Positions 1 to 8,710 of a stretch of DNA of 64,000 nt are shown piece by piece. The notes beneath the pieces were generated by a model. The model saw only the letters and a program-made list of their open reading frames with translations. It was not told the DNA's origin and made no database searches. Source of the stretch: a bacterium (GTDB lineage: Bacteria > UBA10199 > 2-02-FULL-44-16 > DYJF01); NCBI GenBank assembly GCA_041739675.1, contig JBGSNL010000069.1, forward strand, positions 11,592-75,591, read 5' to 3'. The position numbers were made by a program, and so were the translations under genes. Each line of letters begins with the position of its first letter. Position 1 is the stretch's first letter.

Positions 1-2
1 TC

Positions 3-1052
3 GTGCAGGAGATGAGTGCAAGGATGGGTGCGGTCACGGGCAAGGGACTGGCCGATCTTATACGCGAAAATTTCGGCGCGAAGATCGCGTTTTATGCGAT
101 GAGCGCACTTCTCTTCTCGAATATCGGCAACACGGTCTCCGAGTTCTCGGGCGTGGCGGCGAGCCTCGAGATATTCGGAATTTCAAAATACATAAGCGTT
201 CCCATAGCGGCGCTTCTGGTGTGGCTCCTTGTCGTGAAGGGCAATTTCAAAACCGTTGAAAAAGTGTTTCTGGTTCTTTGTCTTTTTTATTTTTCTTACG
301 TGGTGTCGGGTTTCTTCGCAAAACCGGACTGGAACGAAGTCGCTCTTCGAATGGTCGAGCCTAAATTCAGGTTCGACCCCAAATATCTCTACATGCTCGT
401 CGGTATAATAGGAACGACGATCGCGCCGTGGCAGCTTTTTTTCATGCAGTCCTCCGTTGTGGAGAAAGGAATCGGTGTCGAGAACCTGAAACATTCGCGG
501 TTTGATTCTCTCATCGGTTGTATAATGGCAGGCGTGGTCATTTTCTTCATCATTGTCGCATGCGCCGCCACCATCCACCCCGCGGGGATAAAGATAAAAA
601 CCGCAGCCGACGCCGCGCTGGCTTTGGAACCGCTCGCGGGCACTCATTTCAAGATTCTTTTTTCGTTCGGCCTTTTGAACGCCTCCCTTTTTGCCGCCGT
701 TGTGCTTCCGCTTTCGGTTGCATATTACGTCTGCGAAGGCCTGGGCTTCGAGGCCGGTATCAACAAAAAATTCTCGGAGGCGCCGCAGTTTTACACGATC
801 TTCACCGCCACCATAATTATCGGCATGGGTCTTGTTTTGATCCCGGCCTTTCCTCTCTTCAAGATGATGGTGTTGACGCAGGTGGTGAACGGAGTCGTGT
901 TGCCGTTCATGCTCATCTTCATGGTGCGGCTTATCAATCGCAATGAAATCATGTGCGGATTCACAAATGGAAAGATCTGGAACTTCGTTTCATGGTTCAC
1001 GATCGCTGCGGTGATTGCGCTGACAATTCTCATGTTCGGCGAATTTTTCTAG
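3..1052 (+). CDS. mntH: Nramp-family divalent metal (Mn2+/Fe2+) transporter, 5'-truncated at window edge
   Basis: 349-aa ORF with multiple TM segments and Nramp-like motifs (GPGFLMSIAFIDPGN-type region missing because N-terminus is off-window; C-terminal TM6-11 pattern MQSSVVEKG, hydrophobic helices); ORF runs to window start so partial. Confidence 0.8.
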   Translation: MQEMSARMGAVTGKGLADLIRENFGAKIAFYAMSALLFSNIGNTVSEFSGVAASLEIFGISKYISVPIAALLVWLLVVKGNFKTVEKVFLVLCLFYFSYVVSGFFAKPDWNEVALRMVEPKFRFDPKYLYMLVGIIGTTIAPWQLFFMQSSVVEKGIGVENLKHSRFDSLIGCIMAGVVIFFIIVACAATIHPAGIKIKTAADAALALEPLAGTHFKILFSFGLLNASLFAAVVLPLSVAYYVCEGLGFEAGINKKFSEAPQFYTIFTATIIIGMGLVLIPAFPLFKMMVLTQVVNGVVLPFMLIFMVRLINRNEIMCGFTNGKIWNFVSWFTIAAVIALTILMFGEFF

Positions 1053-1208
1053 GAAAGCATCCTTCCCAATAACCGGATTTAGGGGCTTTCAGGGCCCCAA
1101 GAGGCGCCAATATCGGTATTTGGCTCGCAGAAAACCATTATCCCCTTGAATATCAGTGGGATATAGGCTAGAGAGATGCGCTATGGGGGGAGGGGAAGGA
1201 AGGAAAAA

Positions 1209-2465
1209 ATGATCGCAGCAGGCGGGGACGACTCTGTTCGCGGAGCTTCAAATTCCGACCATGCAACGCAGTACATCATTCCAAGATTGTTATCTGAAGA
1301 TCCCACGTTAACTCAATCAATTCTAGATTATTTTGTGAGCGGTTCGGCTGCCCCGGCTTACGGCCAAGGTTTGCTTCAACTCGTCACCGAACCCGTCCGG
1401 TTTACCGGATATGCATTCATGCCGGATTTGTTCGGTCTTGTCCCGCGCGTGAATGTGAAACCTGAGGTGTATGCGGATTTTCAGAGAATGGATTCATACA
1501 GCGGCTCCGCAATTTATGTCAAAACGGACGTCGAGGGAAAAGTTGTCATCGGAGGAAGGCTTGGCGATCTTGCATCTTTTTTGAATGCCGCCATCGGCAA
1601 ACCCGGTGTCTGGTCCCCGGGTATGCTGGCAAGCATGATAAGGGGAAACAGCCGCCCTTCGCTTCTCGCGGACCGCACATTCGGTGACGGCGAGCTCGTG
1701 TTCATTCCAATGTACAATTACGCGGCACGTCTGTATCAGGTCACAATATCTCCAGATCATGATTTGAATTTTCCCGCAGATTTCATGTGGTATCGTTTTC
1801 ACGCCGCAATGAAATTTTTTATGGCAAGGAGCTTGTACGATATCGAAGAGTCCACCAATGACGTGACTTATCTTGGAATCATCAATGCCTTTCACAGCGC
1901 CATGCAGGATATCCAGAGCGGACAGGCAAAGCGCGTGGAAAGGTTTCTCAACACCAGCACTTTGCTGAGAGCTTTTGCTCCAGACGATATGATTGGTATC
2001 GTCGGCGCGGGAGTGAGGCTCAATCCCGAAGGCAAGGTGATGCAGTTGACGCTCAGGGTCGGCGGTCTTGAAAATGAAGCACTGTGGACAGGCATCTTGG
2101 GCCGCAATGGAAAAACAATCTACTGGCATGTGGAAAATTCCAGGCCGGAAAATGTTACCAGGCGGTCGCAGAGAGCGTTTGTTGAAAACGATATTGCGCC
2201 CCTCTTCCACCGTTCCATCAGGAATGTCTATTCAGGAGATTATCCCTCACGGCAGGGTTCGTCCGTTACGGGGACATTTGAAACCGGCGAAACGTCGGGG
2301 CCGCACGGAGGCAGATCCCTGCGCCAGTATTGGTCTCTTCCGTTCGCAGGGTATGTGGGCCGGCGCGCGTTGGTTTCGGGGGTCAGACGCGTGAGATCGG
2401 CGGCGAGTGTCGTGCGTCAAAATATCGTGAATATAGTGAGACCTCAGGCGGTCAAAGTGCGGTAG
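1209..2465 (+). CDS. hypothetical protein, member A of a 4-gene tandem paralog family (conserved Arg/Ala-rich C-terminal module)
   Basis: ORF 1176..2465; start chosen at ATG 1209 preceded by GGAGGGGAAGGAAGG purine-rich RBS; C-terminal ~60 aa (..VTG.FETGETSG..GRRALVSGVRRVRSAASVVRQNIVNIVRPQAVKVR) alignable with C-termini of the next three ORFs. Confidence 0.55.
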   Translation: MIAAGGDDSVRGASNSDHATQYIIPRLLSEDPTLTQSILDYFVSGSAAPAYGQGLLQLVTEPVRFTGYAFMPDLFGLVPRVNVKPEVYADFQRMDSYSGSAIYVKTDVEGKVVIGGRLGDLASFLNAAIGKPGVWSPGMLASMIRGNSRPSLLADRTFGDGELVFIPMYNYAARLYQVTISPDHDLNFPADFMWYRFHAAMKFFMARSLYDIEESTNDVTYLGIINAFHSAMQDIQSGQAKRVERFLNTSTLLRAFAPDDMIGIVGAGVRLNPEGKVMQLTLRVGGLENEALWTGILGRNGKTIYWHVENSRPENVTRRSQRAFVENDIAPLFHRSIRNVYSGDYPSRQGSSVTGTFETGETSGPHGGRSLRQYWSLPFAGYVGRRALVSGVRRVRSAASVVRQNIVNIVRPQAVKVR

Positions 2466-2501
2466 TTGCAATAGGGTGGCGGGGGAAGAACGGAGGCGGC
2501 T

Positions 2502-3947
2502 ATGGCATCAGGAGGTGATGGCGATAGCGGAAGAATCGGTAGCGATCCACCGGTACCTGATCTCCCTGCTCTGGATTTCAGCGATGACGAGGAGACCAAT
2601 TCGGGAGTCGATAAGCGCAGAGGCGCTGGCCAGAGTGATAGAGCCGATTCATATGTTGATGTACGATCTCCCATCGACCCGGGTTCGCGAATCGAAGTCT
2701 CGCCGGCCCCGCTTCCAAGCCCTTATGAGACGCATCTCAGGCACGCGATAAGACGGCTCGTCGGAACGCCCAGCAACGGTCCGGGGAGAGAAAGCTCATA
2801 TGTGCCGGGACTCAATCTCTTGCCTTCCGGAAACAATGCGATGGTGTTTGCTGCATATGTCGCGCGTGACAACGGAAATCTGTATCGAATCGCAGGTTAT
2901 ATCTACGATGCCGTCATTTTGCTTGATGACATTCTGCGGAGCTTCGACGGCGTCGAGCGTGCCTACAGATATTACTCTCCGGCAACTATCGCGAGAGATC
3001 TGGAGCTGACCAACGCAGGCGAAGAGTCCGGCGAGTTCACAAATGGGGCCAAGACGGCGACTGTGAAATGGAGACGTTTTTTTGATACGGCCTTTTATCA
3101 GTTTGAACTTCGCTTCTCTCCCGCGAGATCCGAAGCGGATTTGAGGCCGGTCATTGACCGTTTCGCCGCGCTTGAAACGTTCGAGATAATGGAAACCACG
3201 GAATCGCCGGTGAGCTTGGCAAACATCCGAAGAAAGCTGGGACATCTTTTAAAAATTGCCAATGCCGGCGATATATTGGGTATGCTTGGCCGTGAGAAAT
3301 CAGTAAGTGATTTGACGAACGTTGGAGCCCCAAGGAATTCCGGTCCTTTTGTCAGAGATGTAGATGTCGGGATAGGGATAAAAGGCCGCGGAGTGGACTC
3401 CGTTGAACTTTCCATAAATCAGGGTGATGCAGACGACGACATCAGAACGTTTGCTTCAACGAACGTGTCAAAGTGGAGCCTCAGGCGTCTCACTGACGGA
3501 AGAAGGGGTTTCAGAGTTACCATTTCTGATACGGATCCGCATGCGAAGAACGCCGATTGGAGATCCCCCGTATCGCTGCCTTTGAGGCGGTTCGTGCGCG
3601 ACATATGGGGTGAAGGGGTCGTCCTCGTGAACGCCGACATGGAGGAAGTGCCCATTGACGGCAGCGGCGGCACGAGCATGCCGCCTGCGGAAACTGGCGG
3701 CGGCGGGGGCGCACAGGGAGCGGTCGGAGGCGGTGAAAACTCCCTATCGGTTATCGGCACCTTTGATGCGGCGGAAGTTTCCACTTATGCCGGCATGTTT
3801 TATGGGACTCATCGGCTGCGTCGTCACGAGCGGGTCGCAGGTGCCCGCGCACTTGCATCGGGGCTAAGAATGGTAAGGCGGACCGCGAGGATCGCTCCAC
3901 AAGGTGTGGTGGTGGCTGCGAGATCGGCTTTGGTAAGAACACTGTAA
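2502..3947 (+). CDS. hypothetical protein, member B of tandem paralog family (Gly-rich linker + conserved Arg/Ala-rich C-terminal module)
   Basis: ATG at 2502 preceded by GGAGG (spacing ~5); clearly paralogous to 3963..5426 (ESGEF..FY.F....., SP.SL.N..R.L..LL, F(V/I)R(D/N)VDVGI.IK blocks); poly-Gly tract (ETGGGGGAQGAVGGGEN) then C-terminal HRLRRHERVAGARALASGLRMVRRTARIAPQGVVVAARSALVRTL. Confidence 0.6.
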   Translation: MASGGDGDSGRIGSDPPVPDLPALDFSDDEETNSGVDKRRGAGQSDRADSYVDVRSPIDPGSRIEVSPAPLPSPYETHLRHAIRRLVGTPSNGPGRESSYVPGLNLLPSGNNAMVFAAYVARDNGNLYRIAGYIYDAVILLDDILRSFDGVERAYRYYSPATIARDLELTNAGEESGEFTNGAKTATVKWRRFFDTAFYQFELRFSPARSEADLRPVIDRFAALETFEIMETTESPVSLANIRRKLGHLLKIANAGDILGMLGREKSVSDLTNVGAPRNSGPFVRDVDVGIGIKGRGVDSVELSINQGDADDDIRTFASTNVSKWSLRRLTDGRRGFRVTISDTDPHAKNADWRSPVSLPLRRFVRDIWGEGVVLVNADMEEVPIDGSGGTSMPPAETGGGGGAQGAVGGGENSLSVIGTFDAAEVSTYAGMFYGTHRLRRHERVAGARALASGLRMVRRTARIAPQGVVVAARSALVRTL

Positions 3948-3962
3948 AAATAGGAGGAAGAC

Positions 3963-5426
3963 ATGCGAGCAGGAGGAGACGGACCAGATGCTGTGAGAAA
4001 CGGAACTTCGGAACCTGTAGTGCCGGCAGTTCCGGCGAAGATAAATCCGGAAGGAGAGATTAACCCTCCTTCGACTGTGGGGCTTTTGCATTTCACGGAA
4101 GCGCCGGTGGACTCGATGTACAGGCCGCCACGTTTGACCCCTCTACTTTCCCATGCCGAACGCGGTCTGGAGCGTCTTTTCGGAATGAGTTCCGGCGGTA
4201 ATGAGGAAGGCGACGTCTTTGCCGGCGAGTTTAAACCCGTTGCCGGACCAAATGGTTCAACATGGTATTATGCATTTGCCGATAACAAAACGGTGACGGT
4301 GACCGGATATCTTCAGGAAGTGGTCGGCCCGCTTCATCATCTGATGTTGTTGGGGGCGAGCCCGGAGGATCTGACAGTTTACACCTCCCCAGCCACGGTT
4401 GTGAGACATTTCGACTGGGAGGAATCTGACAATGAATCCGGCGAATTTGCCAGCGCGTCGGGGAACGTGAGGGTGGGCTGGAGCCGCGACCTTGAAACGG
4501 ATTTTTACAGGTTCGATATTCAATATGCGCGTTCGCCGTCGAGGACGGCGTTGGAGTCCGCGATCGGGAGCTTGGCCGATCTAATAGAGCACGAATTGAC
4601 GGAGGTCTTCGCTTCTCCGTTCAGCCTTGGCAACATGAGCAGAATGCTTGAACGGCTGCTTCGCGAGGCCAAAGATACACAGATAGTCGGGATGATGAAG
4701 ATGATCATGGCCGACATCGATCCCAAAGACGTGGCGGCGTGGCATGCAGCCATTCACGAGCGCCCGAGCGGAATCGCTGAGACGAGAAACATCAACGACG
4801 GCTTGGCAGAGGATTCGGATCTTTTTATCAGAAACGTAGACGTGGGGATAAGGATCAAAGAGGGTCTGGTCTCTTCGGTAGTTTGGGCGCTGAACTTTGG
4901 CAAAGGCGTGTTGAGGGTGATCGCTTCTCCGCGCCCCGATATGAATGGTCTTCTCTGGCAGAGGGAGACTGTCCCGTTTGGGCGTCAACTGGACGAGAAC
5001 TGGGTTCAGGCTGCATTCGAAAGATTCAAGGGCTTTGCCGTCGGTCTGTTTAGAGACGGCCTCAAACAGTCGAATGTCGCCGACATAAACGCGTCGGGGG
5101 TCATGCGCGGTAACGGCGGCGGTGGAAGTGTTCCGCCCGCAGCGGAAAACGGCGGCGGGGAAGGCGGCGGTGCTGGCGGCGCAAATCCTCCTTCAGGAAC
5201 TCCGCCAACGCAGGAAGGAAAACCCACTGTCACGGGTCTTTACTATCCAGAGGAGACCGAGGCTTTTTCGGACGGCTTTGGAAACAATTTCCATTATCGT
5301 CATGGTCACGACCGCATCGGCGCACGTGCGCGCGCTGCTGCTTTGAGAACTGTTCAGCCGGGAAGGGCGATACAGCGGCCGATTGCTGCTCCCATCGCGC
5401 GGTCGGCATTGATGATCACAATGTAG
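3963..5426 (+). CDS. hypothetical protein, member C of tandem paralog family
   Basis: ATG at 3963 preceded by AGGAGGA; paralogous to member B over most of length; Gly/Pro-rich linker (GNGGGGSVPPAAENGGGEGGGAGGANPPSGTPPTQEG) then TVTGLYYPEETEAF...RIGARARAAALRTVQPGRAIQRPIAAPIARSALMITM. Confidence 0.6.
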   Translation: MRAGGDGPDAVRNGTSEPVVPAVPAKINPEGEINPPSTVGLLHFTEAPVDSMYRPPRLTPLLSHAERGLERLFGMSSGGNEEGDVFAGEFKPVAGPNGSTWYYAFADNKTVTVTGYLQEVVGPLHHLMLLGASPEDLTVYTSPATVVRHFDWEESDNESGEFASASGNVRVGWSRDLETDFYRFDIQYARSPSRTALESAIGSLADLIEHELTEVFASPFSLGNMSRMLERLLREAKDTQIVGMMKMIMADIDPKDVAAWHAAIHERPSGIAETRNINDGLAEDSDLFIRNVDVGIRIKEGLVSSVVWALNFGKGVLRVIASPRPDMNGLLWQRETVPFGRQLDENWVQAAFERFKGFAVGLFRDGLKQSNVADINASGVMRGNGGGGSVPPAAENGGGEGGGAGGANPPSGTPPTQEGKPTVTGLYYPEETEAFSDGFGNNFHYRHGHDRIGARARAAALRTVQPGRAIQRPIAAPIARSALMITM

Positions 5427-5435
5427 AGACACGAA

Positions 5436-6842
5436 ATGGGCACAGTTGATAAATTATTCATGTCGCTCTGGAATCTTGCGCTCAATCCATGGTCCTTGCT
5501 GGGCGAGCAAGGTGTAGCCAGGCTCGTGGATGACGACAAGCCCCCGCGCGCTCCGGAGATTCCGGTGGGAAGTGCCGTTTCTCGCCCCAGTGACGGGCCG
5601 CCGCTTTCTTACGCGCCTGCGGCCCGTTATTCACGCCGCCCGATTGCAAATCTTGAACGCATGTCGCCTCACGAAAGAGACGGTCTTCTGAAATATCTCT
5701 TCGGAATAGTCGATGACGCGCTTCAAAGGCCAGGCGGCCGGGCCGAAGCCGATCTTGTTCACTATCAAATGAGTGACGACGATCTGTCGGGGGTGGCAAA
5801 TCAGATTCAGGAGTATTTCCCCATTTTGTTCGATATGACTCACGTCGAAAGTCCGGATGAATTTGCCCGATTCGTGAGAATGTATTTCGGCCGCGCCTCA
5901 GAGCGCATTTCGCAGATCCTTGATAAGAACACATCCGATGCGATTAGGGATGCGGTGACCTACAGAAGGGAGAGCTTCTGGGGGCCAGAGACGTACATGC
6001 GGCGCATCCTTGATAAGAAAGCGATGAGAAACTGGGATGGGGACCCCCGCGTTATGGTGGTCGGCCAATACATGACTGACAGATGGAACGATCTTGCGCG
6101 TCTTGAAGACGTCAGGGGACTGGAAAAAGTCTGGACGGATGCCGATATCAAAAGGGTCCAGTCGATACGGGTCTTTGGGAATCTCTCTTTCAGAATTCGT
6201 GCCAGGACGTTGAAAATTGTTTTTCCCCATGCCCTTGTTGCGACGATGGAGGGAATCGACATCGGCGTGGATATCGAAAAGCACTTTTTTTACAGAAAAG
6301 ATCTGGATACCGAATCGGTCGACAATATATGGGACAGGCTCGCCACAATTTCGCGCAGGTATCACCGCACTGAGGGGAACGATCGCCACATCACGATAAC
6401 GTGGAATCCTGAAAGATACGTCCTCCTCATGGAAGACAATGGAGCCGGCATTGGAAACTTGAGCAACTCGCCGGATTTCATATCGGTCGAGGAGAGCTTG
6501 GAAAGACTTGGATGGACAATGAATATATATTCAAGACTGAACGACGGTACAACATTCACGATCCATCCCAAGAGTGGCGACATTATTACCGAAGAGCAGT
6601 TCGATCCCAGCCTTCAAAATGAGGGGCGCGGAAGCGTAACCGGACTTGCCGATCCCGGAGAGACAAGCGGTGCATCAGGGGTTGTGGGAAGAAGCGGCCT
6701 ATTTTTGGCCGGCGCGCATAGATACATATCGGTTCGGCGCGGGCATTACTTAATGCCTGCACGTTCCATGCGGACAGCAGGGTTTAGAGCCGCAGGAATC
6801 GCTCCCGCCGTTGCAGTTTCCAAAGTCGCAACCGCCTTTTGA
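5436..6842 (+). CDS. hypothetical protein, member D of tandem paralog family, with GHKL/HATPase_c-like ATPase domain
   Basis: 468-aa ORF; internal region ...GNDRHITITWNPERYVLLMEDNGAGIGNL....LERLGWTMNIYSRLNDGTTFTI matches the G1 (DxGxG) and G2 boxes of histidine-kinase/GHKL ATPases; C-terminus (SVTGLADPGETSG...ARSMRTAGFRAAGIAPAVAVSKVATAF) shares the family C-terminal module; start codon not certain (weak RBS). Confidence 0.55.
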   Translation: MGTVDKLFMSLWNLALNPWSLLGEQGVARLVDDDKPPRAPEIPVGSAVSRPSDGPPLSYAPAARYSRRPIANLERMSPHERDGLLKYLFGIVDDALQRPGGRAEADLVHYQMSDDDLSGVANQIQEYFPILFDMTHVESPDEFARFVRMYFGRASERISQILDKNTSDAIRDAVTYRRESFWGPETYMRRILDKKAMRNWDGDPRVMVVGQYMTDRWNDLARLEDVRGLEKVWTDADIKRVQSIRVFGNLSFRIRARTLKIVFPHALVATMEGIDIGVDIEKHFFYRKDLDTESVDNIWDRLATISRRYHRTEGNDRHITITWNPERYVLLMEDNGAGIGNLSNSPDFISVEESLERLGWTMNIYSRLNDGTTFTIHPKSGDIITEEQFDPSLQNEGRGSVTGLADPGETSGASGVVGRSGLFLAGAHRYISVRRGHYLMPARSMRTAGFRAAGIAPAVAVSKVATAF

Positions 6843-6854
6843 ACCTTTATTTCC

Positions 6855-7487
6855 TCAATCCAATATGTGTGAAAAGATCACGAACGCGAGCTCGTCCTTC
6901 GGAAGTTCGGGCAGCACGATGCGCTTTCCCTCCTTTGAAAAAAGGATCGCGTGGCCGCGCTCTTTGCCGATCACAGTGTGACGATTGGCGACGATCCAGT
7001 CGCACTTTTTCTCTTTCAATTTTCTTCGTGCGTAGGTTTCAAGATTTTTGGTTTCAACTGCGAAGCCTATGAGTAGTTGATCCTTTCGTTTCTTTTTTCC
7101 GAGTTCGGCCAAGATATCGGGATTTTTCTTCAGGGAGAGAACAAGTTGGTCGGACCGCGAGAACATTTTTTTAATCTTCTGTTTTGAAAAGTGTGCCGTT
7201 TTGAAATCAGAAACCGCCGCGGCCATGACGATGATATCCGCTTTCGCCTGCCGCTTCATGACCTCGCGGTGCATATCGTCGGCTGAAATCACGTCTACTC
7301 GTTTTACGCCGGAAGGAGCGGCGATTCCGACCGGCCCAGATATAAGCGTGACGTTTGCTCCGAGCTTTCTCGCCGCTGCGGCGAGCGAAAAGCCCATTAT
7401 TCCGGAAGAATCGTTCGAGAGATAGCGCACGGGATCCAGATATTCCCGCGTAGGCCCGGCCGTTATAAGGACGTTCAAGTTTTTCAT
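6855..7487 (-). CDS. coaB: phosphopantothenate-cysteine ligase (CoaB domain), separate gene
   Basis: MKNLNVLITAGPTREYLDPVRYLSNDSSG..AVSDF motifs typical of the C-terminal half of Dfp/CoaBC; start ATG overlaps upstream stop (ATGA). Confidence 0.8.
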   Translation of the reverse strand: MKNLNVLITAGPTREYLDPVRYLSNDSSGIMGFSLAAAARKLGANVTLISGPVGIAAPSGVKRVDVISADDMHREVMKRQAKADIIVMAAAVSDFKTAHFSKQKIKKMFSRSDQLVLSLKKNPDILAELGKKKRKDQLLIGFAVETKNLETYARRKLKEKKCDWIVANRHTVIGKERGHAILFSKEGKRIVLPELPKDELAFVIFSHILD

Positions 7488-8035
7488 TTCTTCAATATCC
7501 GTTCAAGGACCTTCATTATATCGGCCGGTTCGGGGAGCCTTCCTTTTCCCTGATAGCCGCAGGCAAGATCGCCCATCGCCGGTTCTATAAAATGGTAGCC
7601 CAGCTTTTTGAGTTTTTTCACATTTTCTTTTGTGATCGGATTTTCCCACATGTGCACGTTCATGGACGGCGCGAAAACCACCGGCGCCTTCGTGGCGCAG
7701 ACGACCGTTTGCAAAAGCTCGTCGCATATTCCGCAGGCCACCTTCGCTATGAAGTCCGCGCTGGCCGGCGCGACAAGAACGAGGTTTGCCTTATCGGCGA
7801 GTGATATATGTCCGATCTCCCCCTCCTGAATGAGGCTGAACATGTCGGTGTGGACCGGATTTTGGGACAACGCCTGAAGCGTCAGAGGGGTCACAAACTG
7901 GGCGCCGGCTTTTGTGAGGATGACATGGACATCCGCGCCCGCCTTCACAAGAGACCTCACGAGGTCACAACATTTATATGCCGCGATGCCGCCCGTTATT
8001 CCGAAAATGACGATCTTCTTTTCAAACGGCTTCAT
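7484..8035 (-). CDS. coaC: phosphopantothenoylcysteine decarboxylase flavoprotein (CoaC domain), separate gene
   Basis: MKPFEKKIVIFGITGGIAAYK..PASADFIAK..KAPVVFAPSMN flavoprotein motifs; start at ATG 8035 preceded by GGAGGTAAT; the longer ORF to 8284 has no RBS and is not supported. Confidence 0.8.
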   Translation of the reverse strand: MKPFEKKIVIFGITGGIAAYKCCDLVRSLVKAGADVHVILTKAGAQFVTPLTLQALSQNPVHTDMFSLIQEGEIGHISLADKANLVLVAPASADFIAKVACGICDELLQTVVCATKAPVVFAPSMNVHMWENPITKENVKKLKKLGYHFIEPAMGDLACGYQGKGRLPEPADIMKVLERILKK

Positions 8036-8096
8036 ATTACCTCCATGACAAAACGGGAACATAGTGGTATTGAAAAATAGAAGCAAGGGGGGATTT

Positions 8097-8654
8097 ATGG
8101 AGCAAATGCTTACCGATGAGGAACAGAAAATCCTTTTGAAACTGGCGCGCGATACGATTGAAATGTGGGTGAAAGAGCAGGCGAGGCCTCCTCTTCCTTC
8201 TGCCAAGGGGATTATGGGAGAAAAATGCGGCGCCTTTGTGACTATCCACAAAAAGGGGCAGCTCAGGGGGTGCATCGGCAACATGGTGGGCCACGCTCCT
8301 CTTGTGGAGACGATCCAGGAGATGGCAATCGCATCTTCAACCGGCGATCCGCGTTTTCACCCGGTGAACAGAGAGGAACTCAAAGAAATCGATATCGAGA
8401 TATCGGTCCTGTCCCCGCTCAGGGAGATAAAAGACGTGGGTGAAATTGAAGTCGGCAGACACGGCATACTGATGAGCCGCGGAATGTACCACGGCGTTTT
8501 GCTCCCTCAGGTTGCGACCGAATACGGCTGGGACCGCACGACCTTCCTTCAGCACACCTGCATGAAAGCCGGTCTCCCCGAAAACGCCTGGCAGGATCCT
8601 ACGACCAGAATCGAAATATTTTCCGCCCAAATCTTCGGAGAAAAGAAGAAATAA
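8097..8654 (+). CDS. AMMECR1 domain protein
   Basis: ..GAFVTIHKKGQLRGCIGN..PRF.PV..EEL..I.IEISVLSPL.. canonical AMMECR1 motifs; ATG 8097 preceded by AAGGGGGGA. Confidence 0.75.
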   Translation: MEQMLTDEEQKILLKLARDTIEMWVKEQARPPLPSAKGIMGEKCGAFVTIHKKGQLRGCIGNMVGHAPLVETIQEMAIASSTGDPRFHPVNREELKEIDIEISVLSPLREIKDVGEIEVGRHGILMSRGMYHGVLLPQVATEYGWDRTTFLQHTCMKAGLPENAWQDPTTRIEIFSAQIFGEKKK

Positions 8655-8690
8655 AAAATCGCCGGCTTTATTTGAAAGCCGGCGATTTTA
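8653..8690. terminator. bidirectional intrinsic terminator between convergent genes
   Basis: AAAAAATCGCCGGCTTT-atttg-AAAGCCGGCGATTTT: 13-bp GC-rich stem flanked by A-run and T-run. Confidence 0.55.
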
Positions 8691-8710
8691 TTCAATTACT
8701 TTTGGATGCG

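Noticed and set aside
1053-1175. Short hairpin GGGGCTTTCAGGGCCCC after the Nramp gene as a terminator
   Set aside because: It has only a 5-bp stem with no U-tract. The purine-rich RBS of the next gene follows closely, so read-through into the paralog array is equally plausible.
1494-2210. 238-aa minus-strand ORF inside paralog A
   Set aside because: It is antisense to a longer plus-strand ORF that has an RBS and whose paralogy to its neighbours supports it. It has no RBS or motifs. This is the GC-rich antisense open frame typical of high-GC genomes.
3655-3760. Poly-Gly tracts (GGGGGAQGAVGGG; also 5100-5180) as possible collagen-like or RTX repeats
   Set aside because: There is no GxY triplet periodicity and no GGxGxD nonapeptide repeats. 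They are better explained as flexible linkers before the conserved C-terminal module.
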